A stretch of DNA of 64,000 nt from an uncultured Verrucomicrobiae bacterium (GTDB taxonomy: Bacteria; Verrucomicrobiota; Verrucomicrobiia; Chthoniobacterales; UBA10450), in the NCBI GenBank assembly GCA_963772365.1, contig CAVYXA010000001.1:1312001-1376000 (forward strand), read 5' to 3'. Positions 29,556 through 40,055 of this stretch are shown one piece after another. Position 1 is the stretch's first letter; each line of letters begins with the position of its first letter. The translations under genes and the position numbers were made by a program. Below the pieces are notes generated by a model. That model had not been told where the DNA came from. It ran no database searches and saw only the letters and a list, made by a program, of their open reading frames with translations.

Positions 29556-30710
29556 TTATCGACGCGAACCGCGATTGCGCTTCACAAAATTTCCGGGCGG
29601 TTGCTGCTCGTCGTCGGGAACAGACCCGGCAGCGTCGCTCAGATGCGCTTCCTCGACCGGCAGAAGCTCCTTGAACCGGTTCTTGTCGATTGCTTTCATG
29701 AATGCTTCATGCGGTGTGATGATGCCCCGCTGCAGCAAAGCCCAGATTGCGTCATCCATGAATTGCATCCCACGGTTTCTGCCGGAGATGATTACGTCCT
29801 GAAGTTTTTGGGTCGCGCCTTCGCGAATGATGGAAGCGACCGCGGCGTTGGCGATGAGAATTTCATTCACGGCAATCCGTCCCGAACCATCCGCTTTTTT
29901 CAAAAGAAGCTGGGCCAGGACGCCGCGAAGTGAATTCGCCAGCATCGCCCGGACCTGCTCCTGACGAGACGCAGGAAAAACGTCCACCAATCGATCGACC
30001 GTCTTTCGAGCATTGTTCGTGTGCAATGTTCCCAAAACAAGCAGGCCGGTTTCTGAAGCGGTTAATGCCAGCGCGATGGTCTCCAAATCCCGCATTTCGC
30101 CGAGTAGAACGATATCGGCGTCTTCCCGCAACGCGGCTTTGAGCGCAATCGGAAACGATTCCGCATCGTCTGGAATTTCCCGCTGCGTGATGACGCTGCG
30201 TTTGTTGTTGTGAACGAATTCTATTGGTTCTTCGATTGTCACGATGTGGCGCGAGAAATTTTGATTGATGTAATCGACCAAGGCCGCAAGCGTTGTCGAT
30301 TTTCCCGAGCCGGTGGGGCCGGTGACCAAAACCAATCCGCCGCGCAAGTGGGCGAATTCCTTTGCCACGAGCGGAATCCCCAGCTCTTCGAGGGTGGCGA
30401 TTTTTGTCGGGATCAGACGAAAAACGGCGCCGTAGCCATGGGTCTGCTTGAGATAGTTGCACCGAAACCTTGAATACCGGTCCATTTCATAGGCGAAATC
30501 GAGATCACCGCGGTCTTCAAAGATTTGCCAGTTATGTTCGCGGCAAACCTCGCTCAACATTTTTGCTGCTTCTTCACGTGAAATTGCTTCGGATCGAATC
30601 GGCATGATGTCACCGTGTCGGCGCATCTTTGGCGGCTGACCTTCGCCGATATGCAAATCGGAACCGCCTTGCTCGACGATCACAGTGAGAAATTGATCCA
30701 GGTATGCCAT
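29556..30710 (-). CDS. PilT/PilU-family type IV pilus retraction ATPase
   Basis: SDLH, GPTGSGKSTT, TIEEPIE, LREDADIVLLGEMRD, GTLHT, AVASIIRE. Confidence 0.93.
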   Translation of the reverse strand: MAYLDQFLTVIVEQGGSDLHIGEGQPPKMRRHGDIMPIRSEAISREEAAKMLSEVCREHNWQIFEDRGDLDFAYEMDRYSRFRCNYLKQTHGYGAVFRLIPTKIATLEELGIPLVAKEFAHLRGGLVLVTGPTGSGKSTTLAALVDYINQNFSRHIVTIEEPIEFVHNNKRSVITQREIPDDAESFPIALKAALREDADIVLLGEMRDLETIALALTASETGLLVLGTLHTNNARKTVDRLVDVFPASRQEQVRAMLANSLRGVLAQLLLKKADGSGRIAVNEILIANAAVASIIREGATQKLQDVIISGRNRGMQFMDDAIWALLQRGIITPHEAFMKAIDKNRFKELLPVEEAHLSDAAGSVPDDEQQPPGNFVKRNRGSRR

Positions 30711-30717
30711 GAACGCT

Positions 30718-30799
30718 AAGGATGAGGAATGAGGGTGGAAGGATGAACAAAGGAGAATGCGCAGCTAAGAAATTTCATCCTTCCTCTCTCATCGTTTCA
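30718..30799. repeat. Inverted pair of short tandem units between the two PilT-type genes
   Basis: atgagggtggaaggatgaa versus the reverse complement of ttcatccttcctctctcat (17/19 identical). Confidence 0.65.
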
Positions 30800-31898
30800 A
30801 TTGCGGGCTCACTTGGTCTTTTTGATCGGTACGGGCAAGGGCTTCCTCGCCGCTGATTAATCCGCGCTGGAAAAGATCGACAAGGGAATCATCCATCAAT
30901 TGCATCCCCTGCTTTTTGCCGGTCTGGATAATGCCGGGCAGCATGTAGGTTCTGGCTTCGCGAATCATGTTGGCGACGGCTGGAGTATTGGTGAGAATTT
31001 CCAATGCCAGAACTCGCCCCTGATCGTCGATCCTCGGAACCAATTGCTGGCTGATCACTCCGCGCAACGATTCGCTCACCATGACCCGGATCTGTTCCTG
31101 TTGATCGACGGGGAAAACATCGAGCAAACGATCGAGTGTCCGTGAAGCATTGCCGGTGTGCAAAGTTCCCAACACAAGGTGACCCGTTTCCGCTGCTGTG
31201 ATGGCCAGCGAGATGGTTTCCAGGTCGCGCATTTCGCCCACCATGATGACATCCGGATCTTCCCGCAGCGCACCCCGCAGCGCGACGGCGAACGATTCGG
31301 TATGAGTGCGCACTTCCCGTTGGGTGATGTGGCAACCCTTCGGCTCGATGATGTATTCGATCGGATCTTCCAGAGTGATGATGTGCTCCCGCCGTTCGAC
31401 GTTTATCTGATCCACCAGTGCAGCCAGAGTTGTCGATTTGCCGCTGCCCACCGATCCGGTAACCAGAATCAAGCCGTTCTGATAACGCGTGAGCAGTTTC
31501 AGGTGCTCGGGGAGGCCGAGCTCGTCCATCGTGCGCACGTTGGTATTGATGATGCGAAAAACAAGATCGACACCGAGCCGCTGCCGAACCACGCTGGTGC
31601 GAAAGCGGCCGAACGAATTTGAATACGCAAAATCGGCATCACCGCGCCCGGCCAACTGTTTCTTCTGGAGATCGCTCAAAAATGCTTCCGAAAGCTTTTT
31701 TGTATCGGCCGCTGTAAGTGTGGGAGCACCGGCCCAGATTGGTCGCAGCGTGCCATGCAATCGCCAGAGAGGTGGAGCGTTCACGCCCAGATGAATATCG
31801 GACGCGCCCGCTTTTTGGCCGATCGCCAAATAATCGTCCACGTGAGAAAGCAAATGCGGAGCAATGGCACTGCGTTTGTCATTTGATTTCTCAGTCAT
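30789..31898 (-). CDS. pilT: Type IV pilus twitching motility ATPase PilT
   Basis: ASDIH, GSVGSGKSTT, TLEDPIE, LREDPDVIMVGEMRDLET, AETGHLVLGTLHT, AVANMIRE. Confidence 0.93.
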   Translation of the reverse strand: MTEKSNDKRSAIAPHLLSHVDDYLAIGQKAGASDIHLGVNAPPLWRLHGTLRPIWAGAPTLTAADTKKLSEAFLSDLQKKQLAGRGDADFAYSNSFGRFRTSVVRQRLGVDLVFRIINTNVRTMDELGLPEHLKLLTRYQNGLILVTGSVGSGKSTTLAALVDQINVERREHIITLEDPIEYIIEPKGCHITQREVRTHTESFAVALRGALREDPDVIMVGEMRDLETISLAITAAETGHLVLGTLHTGNASRTLDRLLDVFPVDQQEQIRVMVSESLRGVISQQLVPRIDDQGRVLALEILTNTPAVANMIREARTYMLPGIIQTGKKQGMQLMDDSLVDLFQRGLISGEEALARTDQKDQVSPQLKR

Positions 31899-32004
31899 GG
31901 CAGGACTGACGGAGATAATCATGTGCCGCCGAGCACAGGTAAATTCAAATCCGATTAGCGGTTGAGAATCCGCGTTGGGAATCTGTTACAAGCGCGACGC
32001 TAAA

Positions 32005-32373
32005 TCACTTGGCCCGGGAACCAGTCATTTTTTTCTCCACGAACTTGACCACTGCCGGTTTAAGAAGCTCCGAGGCAATTCGTAGAGCGCCTAGAGCGAA
32101 TCCCACCGTCAGAAGTTTATTCGGCGGTTTGCTGTTTTTTGCGGCGACAGTGACAACTCTCTTGCCACTCGATAAAATGAATAACACTGCGCCGATGGCG
32201 ACAGCTCCGCCAATCCAAAGGAGCGGTTGCGCCCGGAATGATCTGCGGATTTTCCTGGGAAAATCCAATTCATAACGCAATCCGCAGAGGCTCTGCTCGA
32301 CTCCGCCGCGCGTGAGAGCGATCTCCTTCTTTAGGTCGTCGGCCGACTTGTCTCCTCCAGATTTTTTATCCAT
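32005..32373 (-). CDS. Hypothetical membrane protein (YqjK/DUF3618-like position)
   Basis: Third gene of a DUF883 / holin-X / small membrane protein trio; N-terminal LKKEIALTR helix followed by a transmembrane segment. Confidence 0.65.
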   Translation of the reverse strand: MDKKSGGDKSADDLKKEIALTRGGVEQSLCGLRYELDFPRKIRRSFRAQPLLWIGGAVAIGAVLFILSSGKRVVTVAAKNSKPPNKLLTVGFALGALRIASELLKPAVVKFVEKKMTGSRAK

Positions 32374-32765
32374 TCACGATCTTTCTTTAACTCGGACATC
32401 AGCTCACGAAACGGCGCCTTGGAAGCGAGACTTCGCGCAATTACTAGAAAAACGAAGACCAGCGCGAAATGGAGCAGCGCGGCGACCAGCACGACCCAAA
32501 TCCAGGAAACCTGGACCAGGCGAGCAATTCCAGCAATCACGCTGACAATGATGAACACATAAGAGATCACCAGGAACACCAGCGCCCCCACCATGCAGGC
32601 GAGAACCCCGAGCCATTGCGCGACAGCCGCTTTCGATTCTTTGGCAAATAGGGCGAGCCGGCTCTCAACGAATCCGATGAAGGCGTTAGTGAACGCCAGC
32701 AGATTACTGAGAAACCCGGTACGCGCCACCGGATTGCGGGACGGCATGGTCGTCTCGCCATTCAT
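32331..32765 (-). CDS. YqjE/holin-X family two-TM membrane protein
   Basis: ESRLALFAKE, two transmembrane helices, ELKKDREWI. Confidence 0.8.
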   Translation of the reverse strand: MNGETTMPSRNPVARTGFLSNLLAFTNAFIGFVESRLALFAKESKAAVAQWLGVLACMVGALVFLVISYVFIIVSVIAGIARLVQVSWIWVVLVAALLHFALVFVFLVIARSLASKAPFRELMSELKKDREWIKNLEETSRPTT

Positions 32766-32776
32766 TTAGCGAGAGG

Positions 32777-33115
32777 CTAGCGCCGGAAAATCAGTCCCAG
32801 TACGAATCCGATTCCAAGCGCGGTAAAGACTGCTTTGGTGGGGTTTTCCCGCACATATTCCTCAGCGTCTTCCTGGAACGTTCGAACTCGTTCCCGAGCT
32901 TCGCCCCACGCTTGTTCGGCTTTGCCCCGCGCTTCGCCCCAGGCTTCTTCGGCTTTGCCGCGATATTCGCCGGCCCAAGCGCCAGCAGCCGAGCGCAGAT
33001 CGCCGGCGGCGGAACGCAAATCATCGGCTGCTTTGCGTGCGTGTGTTTTGCTGCTCTCGAGTTTATCGGCGGCGTCATTCGCAGCGGATCTTTTATTTGT
33101 ATTTTCTTCAGCCAT
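32777..33115 (-). CDS. DUF883 / ElaB-YqjD family protein
   Basis: Ala-rich helical repeats; C-terminal EEYVRENPTKAVFTALGIGFVLGLIFRR. Confidence 0.9.
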   Translation of the reverse strand: MAEENTNKRSAANDAADKLESSKTHARKAADDLRSAAGDLRSAAGAWAGEYRGKAEEAWGEARGKAEQAWGEARERVRTFQEDAEEYVRENPTKAVFTALGIGFVLGLIFRR

Positions 33116-33294
33116 TGGTCTTCTCCTGTTGAATTATCTCGAAATATCCGTGCGCATCGCCTTTCAGGCAAACGGTTGCGGCGGAAAATCTTCCTCTAGA
33201 GAAAACGAAACTCAGGCTGCAATCGGTCTTTCCAAGTTTGGGATTTTGAAAACAAACGCCAGTCCGACAGATGCCACTTGAATGGAATGAACAA

Positions 33295-34664
33295 TTATGG
33301 CGCAACTACGATCCAGCCCGGCGGAGCCGTCGGCCCGTAGGCGCTGCCGGTGAAACTATTATTGTTCAAATACCAGACCGCCGTTTGCCGCGTCGTGGCA
33401 TTGAACAACAAATAGTCGGGCGTTCCGTTCATGTCGAAATCAGCTGTCCCGCTTAATTGATATCCAGGCGCGATGGTCGGCCCGTAGGCGGTACTCATGA
33501 AGGAGGTTCCGTCCAAGTACCAGATTGCGGATTTCCGCGTGCTCATATTAAACAGCGCATAATCGGCTTTGCCGTCACGGTTAAAATCGGCCACGCTTGC
33601 CACGGTCCACCCGGCAGGCGGCGTCGGTCCATAGCTGGAGCCCGTGAAAGTGTTGTTATCTAAAAACCAGACGGCCGTTTGATGTGTAGTCGCATTATAA
33701 AGCACAAAATCTGGTTTGCCGTCGTAGTTGAAATCACCTACTGCCACCAAAGCCCAACCAGGCGGTGGCGTTGGTCCATACGCACTGCTAATAAAACTGG
33801 TGCCGGTGAGGTACCAGATCGCTGTCTGTCGGGTGCTGGAATTGAACAAGGCGTAATCGACGTGACCGTCCCAGTCGAAATCTGCGACATCAATTACATT
33901 CCAGCCCGCCGGAGGAGTCGGTCCATAGGCGCTGCCGATGAAAGTGTTATTGTCGAGATACCAGACCGCTGTCCGGCGGTCGCTGGCGCGGGACAGGACC
34001 AAATCCGCGTTAGTATCCTCGTTGAAATCCGCTTGGGGCTTAATCGTATGAGCGTGGACCGAAGCGTCATCAAAGTACCAAAAGGCTGGGAAGTCAAAAA
34101 AGCCAAACCGAAGATACGTCGACGTCGGTACCTGGCTTCGAGTCCTGAGTAGGTGTACCGGTTGTAAGGCATCGCGGGCCCGTTATCAATCGAGTCGACA
34201 ATGCTCCCGTCCCACGAGACTTCGAAGTGATTCGGAGTGCTGCCCGTATTTCGCAACCAAAAAACCAAATCGTAGCGACCTCCGGCCATGGTAGCCAGAG
34301 CCTGGGTGATGTAACCATTCGAGCCCCTGGGACCAAAAGCGGCTCCATATGTGCCAGAATGTGCCGCTTGGAGTTCCACAAACGTAAAGCTGGTATCGCC
34401 GCTCTGGGTCCAGCCGCTAAAATCCCCGGTCTCGAAACCTCCATTGGTGACGAGCTCTCCCGGCAGGTGGGCGGCGCCTTCCGTGCCATTAAATGAAGTC
34501 GCGAAAGAGATGCTGGAGTTCGCCGGATGCTGCCCGTTATCCGGATGTGCGCTTTTGGTCTGACCCAAAACAGGCCCTGCCAAAGCAAGGCTGAGAGTTA
34601 GAATGAGGCAAAACGCACCTCGGCAGAGATGCGCAGTTATGTCGATGGAACCAAGTTTCTTCAT
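33295..34664 (-). CDS. Secreted protein: carbohydrate-binding-like jelly-roll domain plus five FG-GAP/VCBS-like repeats; one frameshift near 34133
   Basis: Signal peptide, LVTNGGFETGDFSGWT; a frame change gives YLRFGFFDFPAFWYFDDASV..DFNEDTNADLVL, which joins ORF 33295..34002. Confidence 0.82.
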
Positions 34665-34988
34665 TGGATTCTCCTTTATGTGGATGTTCTTGCGTAGAAA
34701 ATTGGAGATGGCTCATGAGCGGCAGTGCTCGTCTTTACAGCAATGACGCCTCCGTTGCCGCACCCGAATCTCTGCGCGAAGTGATCACTCCTAACGGGGC
34801 AGGCCATGAGATCCTCGATCAGAGATACGTTACGGGCACAGGAGTTGGATGGCAAATTTTTCGAATTTCCGATTTTTGAGACGGGCCGTGACCCCCAAGA
34901 AAGTTCACCGCTCCCGGAAAATGATGCATGTCTCCGACATTTCGTAAAGTGACTCGCCGTCTTTCAGACGCGCGTCTCTCGAACAAAC

Positions 34989-35029
34989 GCATGGGGATCG
35001 TCATGGATGCAACCATGACGATGCCATGC
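34989..35029 (-). terminator. Hairpin downstream of the 35044..37509 gene
   Basis: gcatgg..atcgtcatgg atgcaa ccatgacgat gccatgc stem, 15 nt after the stop; no clear U-tract. Confidence 0.45.
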
Positions 35030-35043
35030 GATTCAAACCAACA

Positions 35044-37509
35044 TTACGGCGCAACGATCATCCAGCCAGGCGGAGGTGTCGGGCCGTAGGCGCTGCCAAC
35101 GAAGCTGTTGTTGTTCAAATACCAGATCGCTGTCTGCCGCGTCGTTGCTTTGAACAACAAAAAGTCAGGCTTTGCGTTGATATCGAAATCAGCTACGCCA
35201 ATCAATCCGTAACCGGACGCAATGGTTGGCCCATAGGCGCTCCCACTAAATGAAGTGCCATTTAAATACCAGATCGCTGTTTGCCGGGTGCTGGCATTGA
35301 ACAGCGCGTAATCCGGTTGCCCATCGCGATTGAAGTCGCCCACGCCTGCCAAGCTCCAGCCCGAAGGGAGCGTCGGGCCATAGCTCGAACTCGTGAACGC
35401 ATTGTTATTCAAAAACCAGATGGCCGTTTGCCGCGTCGTCGCGTTGTAAAGCACAAAATCTGGATGACCGTCGTTATTAAAATCGCGCACCGCGATCAGC
35501 GCCCAGCCCGGCGGCGGAGTTGGTCCATACGCACTGCTGCTAAAGCTGGTTCCATGTAGATACCAGATCGCCGTTTGCCGGGTGCTCGAGTTGAATAATG
35601 CATAGTCCGGGTTTCCGTCTACGTTAAAATCGGCTGTATCAATGACCCTCCAACCCGGCGGAAGAGTAGGACCGTAGGCGCTCCCGGCAAAACTGTGGTT
35701 GTTCAGGTACCAGACTGCTGTTCCACGCGTGCTGATGTTGTACAAAACCAAGTCAGGATTGCTGTCGTCGTTGAAATCGGACGAAACAACGGGACAGATG
35801 GTATAGCTCGTTGGGAAGAGAAGCGGCGCCCCCAATCCGTTGCAGAAATATTGGGTGTAATTTGTTTCGTCTTTTTGAACACCGGCTGTGGCAGCCGCAG
35901 TTCCCCGATCAATCTGACCGTAGATTACATCGAACCGGGCCTGGCCTTCATATAGGCGCACCTCAAAATGAGCCAGTTGACTGTTATCGTCGTAGTAAAC
36001 CGTATTGAACTCAATATTGAAGATGCGATTGGGCGCGGTACCGGAAACCGAAGTAAAGATCCCGCATCCTGCGGCATAGCCTGAACAGCCCGACAATCCC
36101 GTATCAGTCCGCAAATCGCCCCAATAGGGGAAGATGGTGTAGCTAAAGTCCGTGTCCGGCAGACATGTATTAGAGTAAGCGTCGTCATCGGAATTGAATT
36201 GCACATTGCCATTCGAGCTGACGTTGACGGAGTCAAACACGTGTCCGTACAGACCATAGCTGAAAGGCAAGGGGACGTTGGTAGTCTCGTCGTCAGCGTG
36301 ATTTCCCGTATCAGTCGTTCCAGGCACGATCCCAGTGGCGATTGGGTTTACGATGTAATTGTCCGGATTGTGCCGACACGACATTCGGCGGGTGCACGAG
36401 AAAATTTCCGTAGAAGCGAGAGGGGTGAGATTGTCATTAGCATAGCCGCCGGCCAGCCAGATGCGGGTGCCATCGGTAGCAGCAGGGAAATTGCGACGCG
36501 CGGTGGTAAAGGGACTCCCGATTGACCAGGTATTGGTAACAGGATCGTAAATATCCACCTCATTTGAAGGATTGGGTGATTGTCTGCCGCCACCCAGGAC
36601 CCAAAGTTGATTGTCCACGTTTACGCCCCGGGTCTCACCTGTTGCCCTCGGGATGCTGGCAATTGTGGTGATCGAATCAGCGATTGGATTATAGCTGAAT
36701 GAATTCGTGCTATCCACGGGGACGGCGCCAGTGCTACCTCCGCCGGTCAAGATGCGAGGGCCGCCCGGCGTACTGACCGTAGCGGTTGGTATATAGCCGA
36801 GCGGGACTGGCAGATGAGCAGATTTCTGTACCCACGCATTGGTGCCAGGGGTAAACTCCCAAATCGTGTCGGTCATCGCTACGTTGATGTCGAACCCGCC
36901 AAGGATGTACAATTTGTTTTGAACAACTGCGAAACCACCGGGCAAAACGGTTGTGCCAGCGCCTGGCCACGGCGCGGCCACAGTGGTGAGCGTGTTGGCG
37001 ACAGGGTCAAAACGGAAGACCCGGCCTGTCGCTGTCACTGCGCCCGCGGCCGATCCGCCTACACAATAAATGTATGGAGTGCCGGCATCGGTCAGGACGC
37101 CACAGGCCATATTGTTCACCTGATTATCGGGATAGGTGCTTCCAAACAAGCCCCAAACATTGCTTTGAGGAAAATATACGAAGGGATGGGTTAAATCACT
37201 GCCTGATGAGTCCGAGGTGCGCCCGCCCATGACGTAGAAATTGCCAGTAGCTGGGAAAAAAACACCGACTCCGCGGATGGTCGGACTCGGCAAATCGGGG
37301 CCTGCCAACCAATCCCGCGAACACATTGTGGCAGGCAGCGCGGGAACTGTTCGCGCCGGGGCGACTCTTTCGGGTTTGGAGGCACTTTGGTTTCCTTCTT
37401 TCTGTCCGAGCGCTCGGGGTAGCGCCCAGGCGAGTGTATACAGCAGGAGGGTGCAAACTGCTCCGCGAAGCAGATGCGTAATAATAATGTTCGATCCATG
37501 TTTTTTCAT
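35044..37509 (-). CDS. Secreted protein: Kelch propeller + nidogen-like beta domain + five FG-GAP/VCBS-like repeats
   Basis: YVMGG, YCVGG, YILGG, WVLGG and WLAGG Kelch repeats; LPFSYGLYG..VSSNG..IFPYWGDL; five 49-aa DFNxDGxPD repeats. Confidence 0.88.
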   Translation of the reverse strand: MKKHGSNIIITHLLRGAVCTLLLYTLAWALPRALGQKEGNQSASKPERVAPARTVPALPATMCSRDWLAGPDLPSPTIRGVGVFFPATGNFYVMGGRTSDSSGSDLTHPFVYFPQSNVWGLFGSTYPDNQVNNMACGVLTDAGTPYIYCVGGSAAGAVTATGRVFRFDPVANTLTTVAAPWPGAGTTVLPGGFAVVQNKLYILGGFDINVAMTDTIWEFTPGTNAWVQKSAHLPVPLGYIPTATVSTPGGPRILTGGGSTGAVPVDSTNSFSYNPIADSITTIASIPRATGETRGVNVDNQLWVLGGGRQSPNPSNEVDIYDPVTNTWSIGSPFTTARRNFPAATDGTRIWLAGGYANDNLTPLASTEIFSCTRRMSCRHNPDNYIVNPIATGIVPGTTDTGNHADDETTNVPLPFSYGLYGHVFDSVNVSSNGNVQFNSDDDAYSNTCLPDTDFSYTIFPYWGDLRTDTGLSGCSGYAAGCGIFTSVSGTAPNRIFNIEFNTVYYDDNSQLAHFEVRLYEGQARFDVIYGQIDRGTAAATAGVQKDETNYTQYFCNGLGAPLLFPTSYTICPVVSSDFNDDSNPDLVLYNISTRGTAVWYLNNHSFAGSAYGPTLPPGWRVIDTADFNVDGNPDYALFNSSTRQTAIWYLHGTSFSSSAYGPTPPPGWALIAVRDFNNDGHPDFVLYNATTRQTAIWFLNNNAFTSSSYGPTLPSGWSLAGVGDFNRDGQPDYALFNASTRQTAIWYLNGTSFSGSAYGPTIASGYGLIGVADFDINAKPDFLLFKATTRQTAIWYLNNNSFVGSAYGPTPPPGWMIVAP

Positions 37510-37644
37510 TGGGTTTTCCTGGGTTAACTTCTTTTGAAGACAGAAAATTTAGGAGATGCTTTGGTCGACTGCATTCTCCGAATCGGAGAAGTCTAGGCGG
37601 ACAAAAAGTTGAGGGTCAAGCCTCTTTTACCGTGCGGAATAGAG

Positions 37645-37823
37645 ACCATAGTGTTGACGGCTTGTCAGTTGGAACGAGACCCTCACCTCAATCTTCTCCC
37701 TGGCAGGGAGAGGAGGACACAGGGCGCGGGTGCCTTGGGAATCGGGGTCGGAGGCCGTATGCGAAGTGCCAGGTGAGGGTTGTGGAATTCGCCTCCCCGA
37801 ACTGACAATGAACAAACACTACC
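37645..37823 (+). mobile_element. 179-bp MITE related to the IS remnant at 40056-40697; 7-bp direct repeat aatagag
   Basis: Ends accatagtgttgacggcttgtcagtt ... aactgacaatgaacaaacactacc; aatagag at 37638-37644 and 37824-37830; REP-like interior. Confidence 0.75.
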
Positions 37824-37919
37824 AATAGAGCCGAAATGCAGAAACCGATGGCTGCGCCTTAAGCGACTTGGTCTTAAAGTGCAGCAATTCGAGTTTCGAC
37901 CTCTCTGCGGCAGTTAACC

Positions 37920-39932
37920 TTACGGGGCAACCACGATCCAGCCTAGCGGAGGTGTCGGGCCGTAAGCGCTGCCAACGAAGCTGTTGTTGTTCAAATACCA
38001 GATCGCTGTCTGCCGCGTCGTTGCTTTGAACAACAAAAAGTCAGGCTTTCCGCTGATATCGAAATCAGCTACGCCAATCAATCCGTAACCGGACGCAATG
38101 GTTGGCCCATAGGCGCTCCCACTAAATGAAGTGCCATTTAAATACCAGATCGCTGTTTGCCGGGTGCTGGTATTGAACAGCGCATAATCCGGTTGCCCAT
38201 CGCGATTGAAGTCGCCCACTCCTGCCAAGCTCCAGCCCGAAGGGAGCGTCGGGCCATAGCTCGAACTCATGAACGCATTGTTATTCAAAAACCAGATGGC
38301 CGTTTGACGCGTGGTCGCGTTGTAAAGTACATAATCTGGATGACCGTCGTTGTTAAAATCGCGCACCGCGATCAACGCCCAGCCCGATGGCGAGGTTGGT
38401 CCATACGCACTGCTGCTAAAGCTGGTTCCATGTAGATACCAGATCGCTGTTTGCCGGGTGCTGGTGTTGAATAAGGCATAATCGGGGTTTTGATCGCCGT
38501 CAAAATCGGCTGAATCGATCACGTTCCAACCTGGCGGAAGAGTCGGACCATAGGCACTGCCGGCAAAAGTGTGATTATCCAGGAACCAGACCGCCGTATT
38601 CAAAGTTGCAGGTTTGAACAGAACCAAATCGGGGAACCCGTCATGGTTGAAGTCCGTTGGCACAGTTCCGCACAATCCGAACACGGTCATGGTATAAGCA
38701 GGACAACCTGCATCGGGGGTGGCTTCTGATACCACCAGAACAACCGTCTGCCCGTTATCGAGGTTGAAGGAGAACGTCTGTTCCGGGTTCGGGCTGGAGC
38801 CCGCATCCCCGATCCAGTTGGTGCAGATGTTGTTTGGATCGAAGCTGCCCAGATAAGCGGCGATGAAGATGAAATTGGTGCCTGTGCAAGCGGTATTAGT
38901 ATCCACCGTCACGCATTGAGTTGCGCCGGTCGTATTGGTTAACGTGTAGGCATCGTAATGGTGCGGAGTCGGATCACCAAAGATCGCACATGTCGTGCTC
39001 GCTGGACAGGTTTGGGGAATACCGCTGCGAAAGAGGCGATCCACCTGCGTAGGATCGGAGGTGTCAATGCTTCCGGTAACGTTGGTAAAGCACGTTGGCG
39101 TTGGCGTTGGCGTTGGAGTTCCGCAGATGTAGGTGACTTCCAAGCCATTGGTGAGCGTAGCCGTCCCGCACGAGAAGGTCGTAGCCGGACCAGTCGCGCT
39201 TGCCTGCACGCCGCTGGTCTCATCAAGGCCGTTGTCGGAAGTTGCGCCATAGATAACGTCAAAACTTGATTGGTTCTCGGAAAAGACTACTTCAAAGTTG
39301 GCTGACGTGGTGGGGTCGGCGAAGTGCACCGCGCGCCACTCGATGTTAAACTGCCGGTTAGGCGCAGTACCGGTGATTGAATAGAAAACGCCACAGTTGC
39401 CACCGGGGAAACCCGAGCAGCCGGCGAACCCGAGGTTATCGGTGCGCAGGTCATCCTGATACGGGAGAATGGCCATGGTCCACAGGGCGCTCGGCAACAC
39501 CTGACAGCCATGGGTGAAGGGAGTCTCAGTGCCTATAAGGTCCAAACTGCCGTTAGACGCGACGTTCGCAGAGTTGAAAGTCTGGCCGTAAACGCTGACC
39601 GGGAACGGAAATGTAATAGCGGTCGCGCAATCATCGCAATGGTTGCCGGTATCGGTGGTGCCAGGCGTGATTGTGCCTGAGCCAGTCGATGTGCTATAGC
39701 TGCACGCTACTTCTGGCGCCGTCAAGGCTGGGGGAACCCCCTGCGTGCCGCGGACCACCCCGTCGGCGGACTGCACGACCGGCATGTCGCTTGAGGCGGC
39801 GTGATTGGCTGCAGTTTTCTTGCCGCGTTGCTGCGCCAGCGCAAACGGAATTGCGCAGATGGCGAGAAGCATGGGCGCGTAAAGGGCACCTCGAAGAAGA
39901 TGCGTGACAAACGTGGCAGCAGTCTTTTTCAT
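37920..39932 (-). CDS. Secreted protein: nidogen-like domain + Cys-containing beta domain + five FG-GAP/VCBS-like repeats
   Basis: Signal peptide; PGTTDTGNHCDD..FPFPVSVYG; TPTPTPTPT linker; GSIDTSDPTQVDRLFRSG domain; repeat tail. Confidence 0.88.
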   Translation of the reverse strand: MKKTAATFVTHLLRGALYAPMLLAICAIPFALAQQRGKKTAANHAASSDMPVVQSADGVVRGTQGVPPALTAPEVACSYSTSTGSGTITPGTTDTGNHCDDCATAITFPFPVSVYGQTFNSANVASNGSLDLIGTETPFTHGCQVLPSALWTMAILPYQDDLRTDNLGFAGCSGFPGGNCGVFYSITGTAPNRQFNIEWRAVHFADPTTSANFEVVFSENQSSFDVIYGATSDNGLDETSGVQASATGPATTFSCGTATLTNGLEVTYICGTPTPTPTPTCFTNVTGSIDTSDPTQVDRLFRSGIPQTCPASTTCAIFGDPTPHHYDAYTLTNTTGATQCVTVDTNTACTGTNFIFIAAYLGSFDPNNICTNWIGDAGSSPNPEQTFSFNLDNGQTVVLVVSEATPDAGCPAYTMTVFGLCGTVPTDFNHDGFPDLVLFKPATLNTAVWFLDNHTFAGSAYGPTLPPGWNVIDSADFDGDQNPDYALFNTSTRQTAIWYLHGTSFSSSAYGPTSPSGWALIAVRDFNNDGHPDYVLYNATTRQTAIWFLNNNAFMSSSYGPTLPSGWSLAGVGDFNRDGQPDYALFNTSTRQTAIWYLNGTSFSGSAYGPTIASGYGLIGVADFDISGKPDFLLFKATTRQTAIWYLNNNSFVGSAYGPTPPLGWIVVAP

Positions 39933-40055
39933 TGGTCTCCTTGTATTAGTTTGTCTAGCGAACTTCCGAAGACAGATTGCAAACTGGCATGGCGTCGATG
40001 GTGTCTCCCCGAGGCGTTAGGCGTCAAGCCTCAAATTGCCACACAAACGGACGAG

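Noticed and set aside
32331..32765. Holin-family gene as evidence of a prophage
   Set aside because: It sits in the usual DUF883 / YqjE-like chromosomal trio with no phage genes nearby.
39094..39118. (gttggc)n hexamer repeat as a phase-variation tract
   Set aside because: It is in frame and encodes a TPTPTPT linker; a length change would not switch expression.
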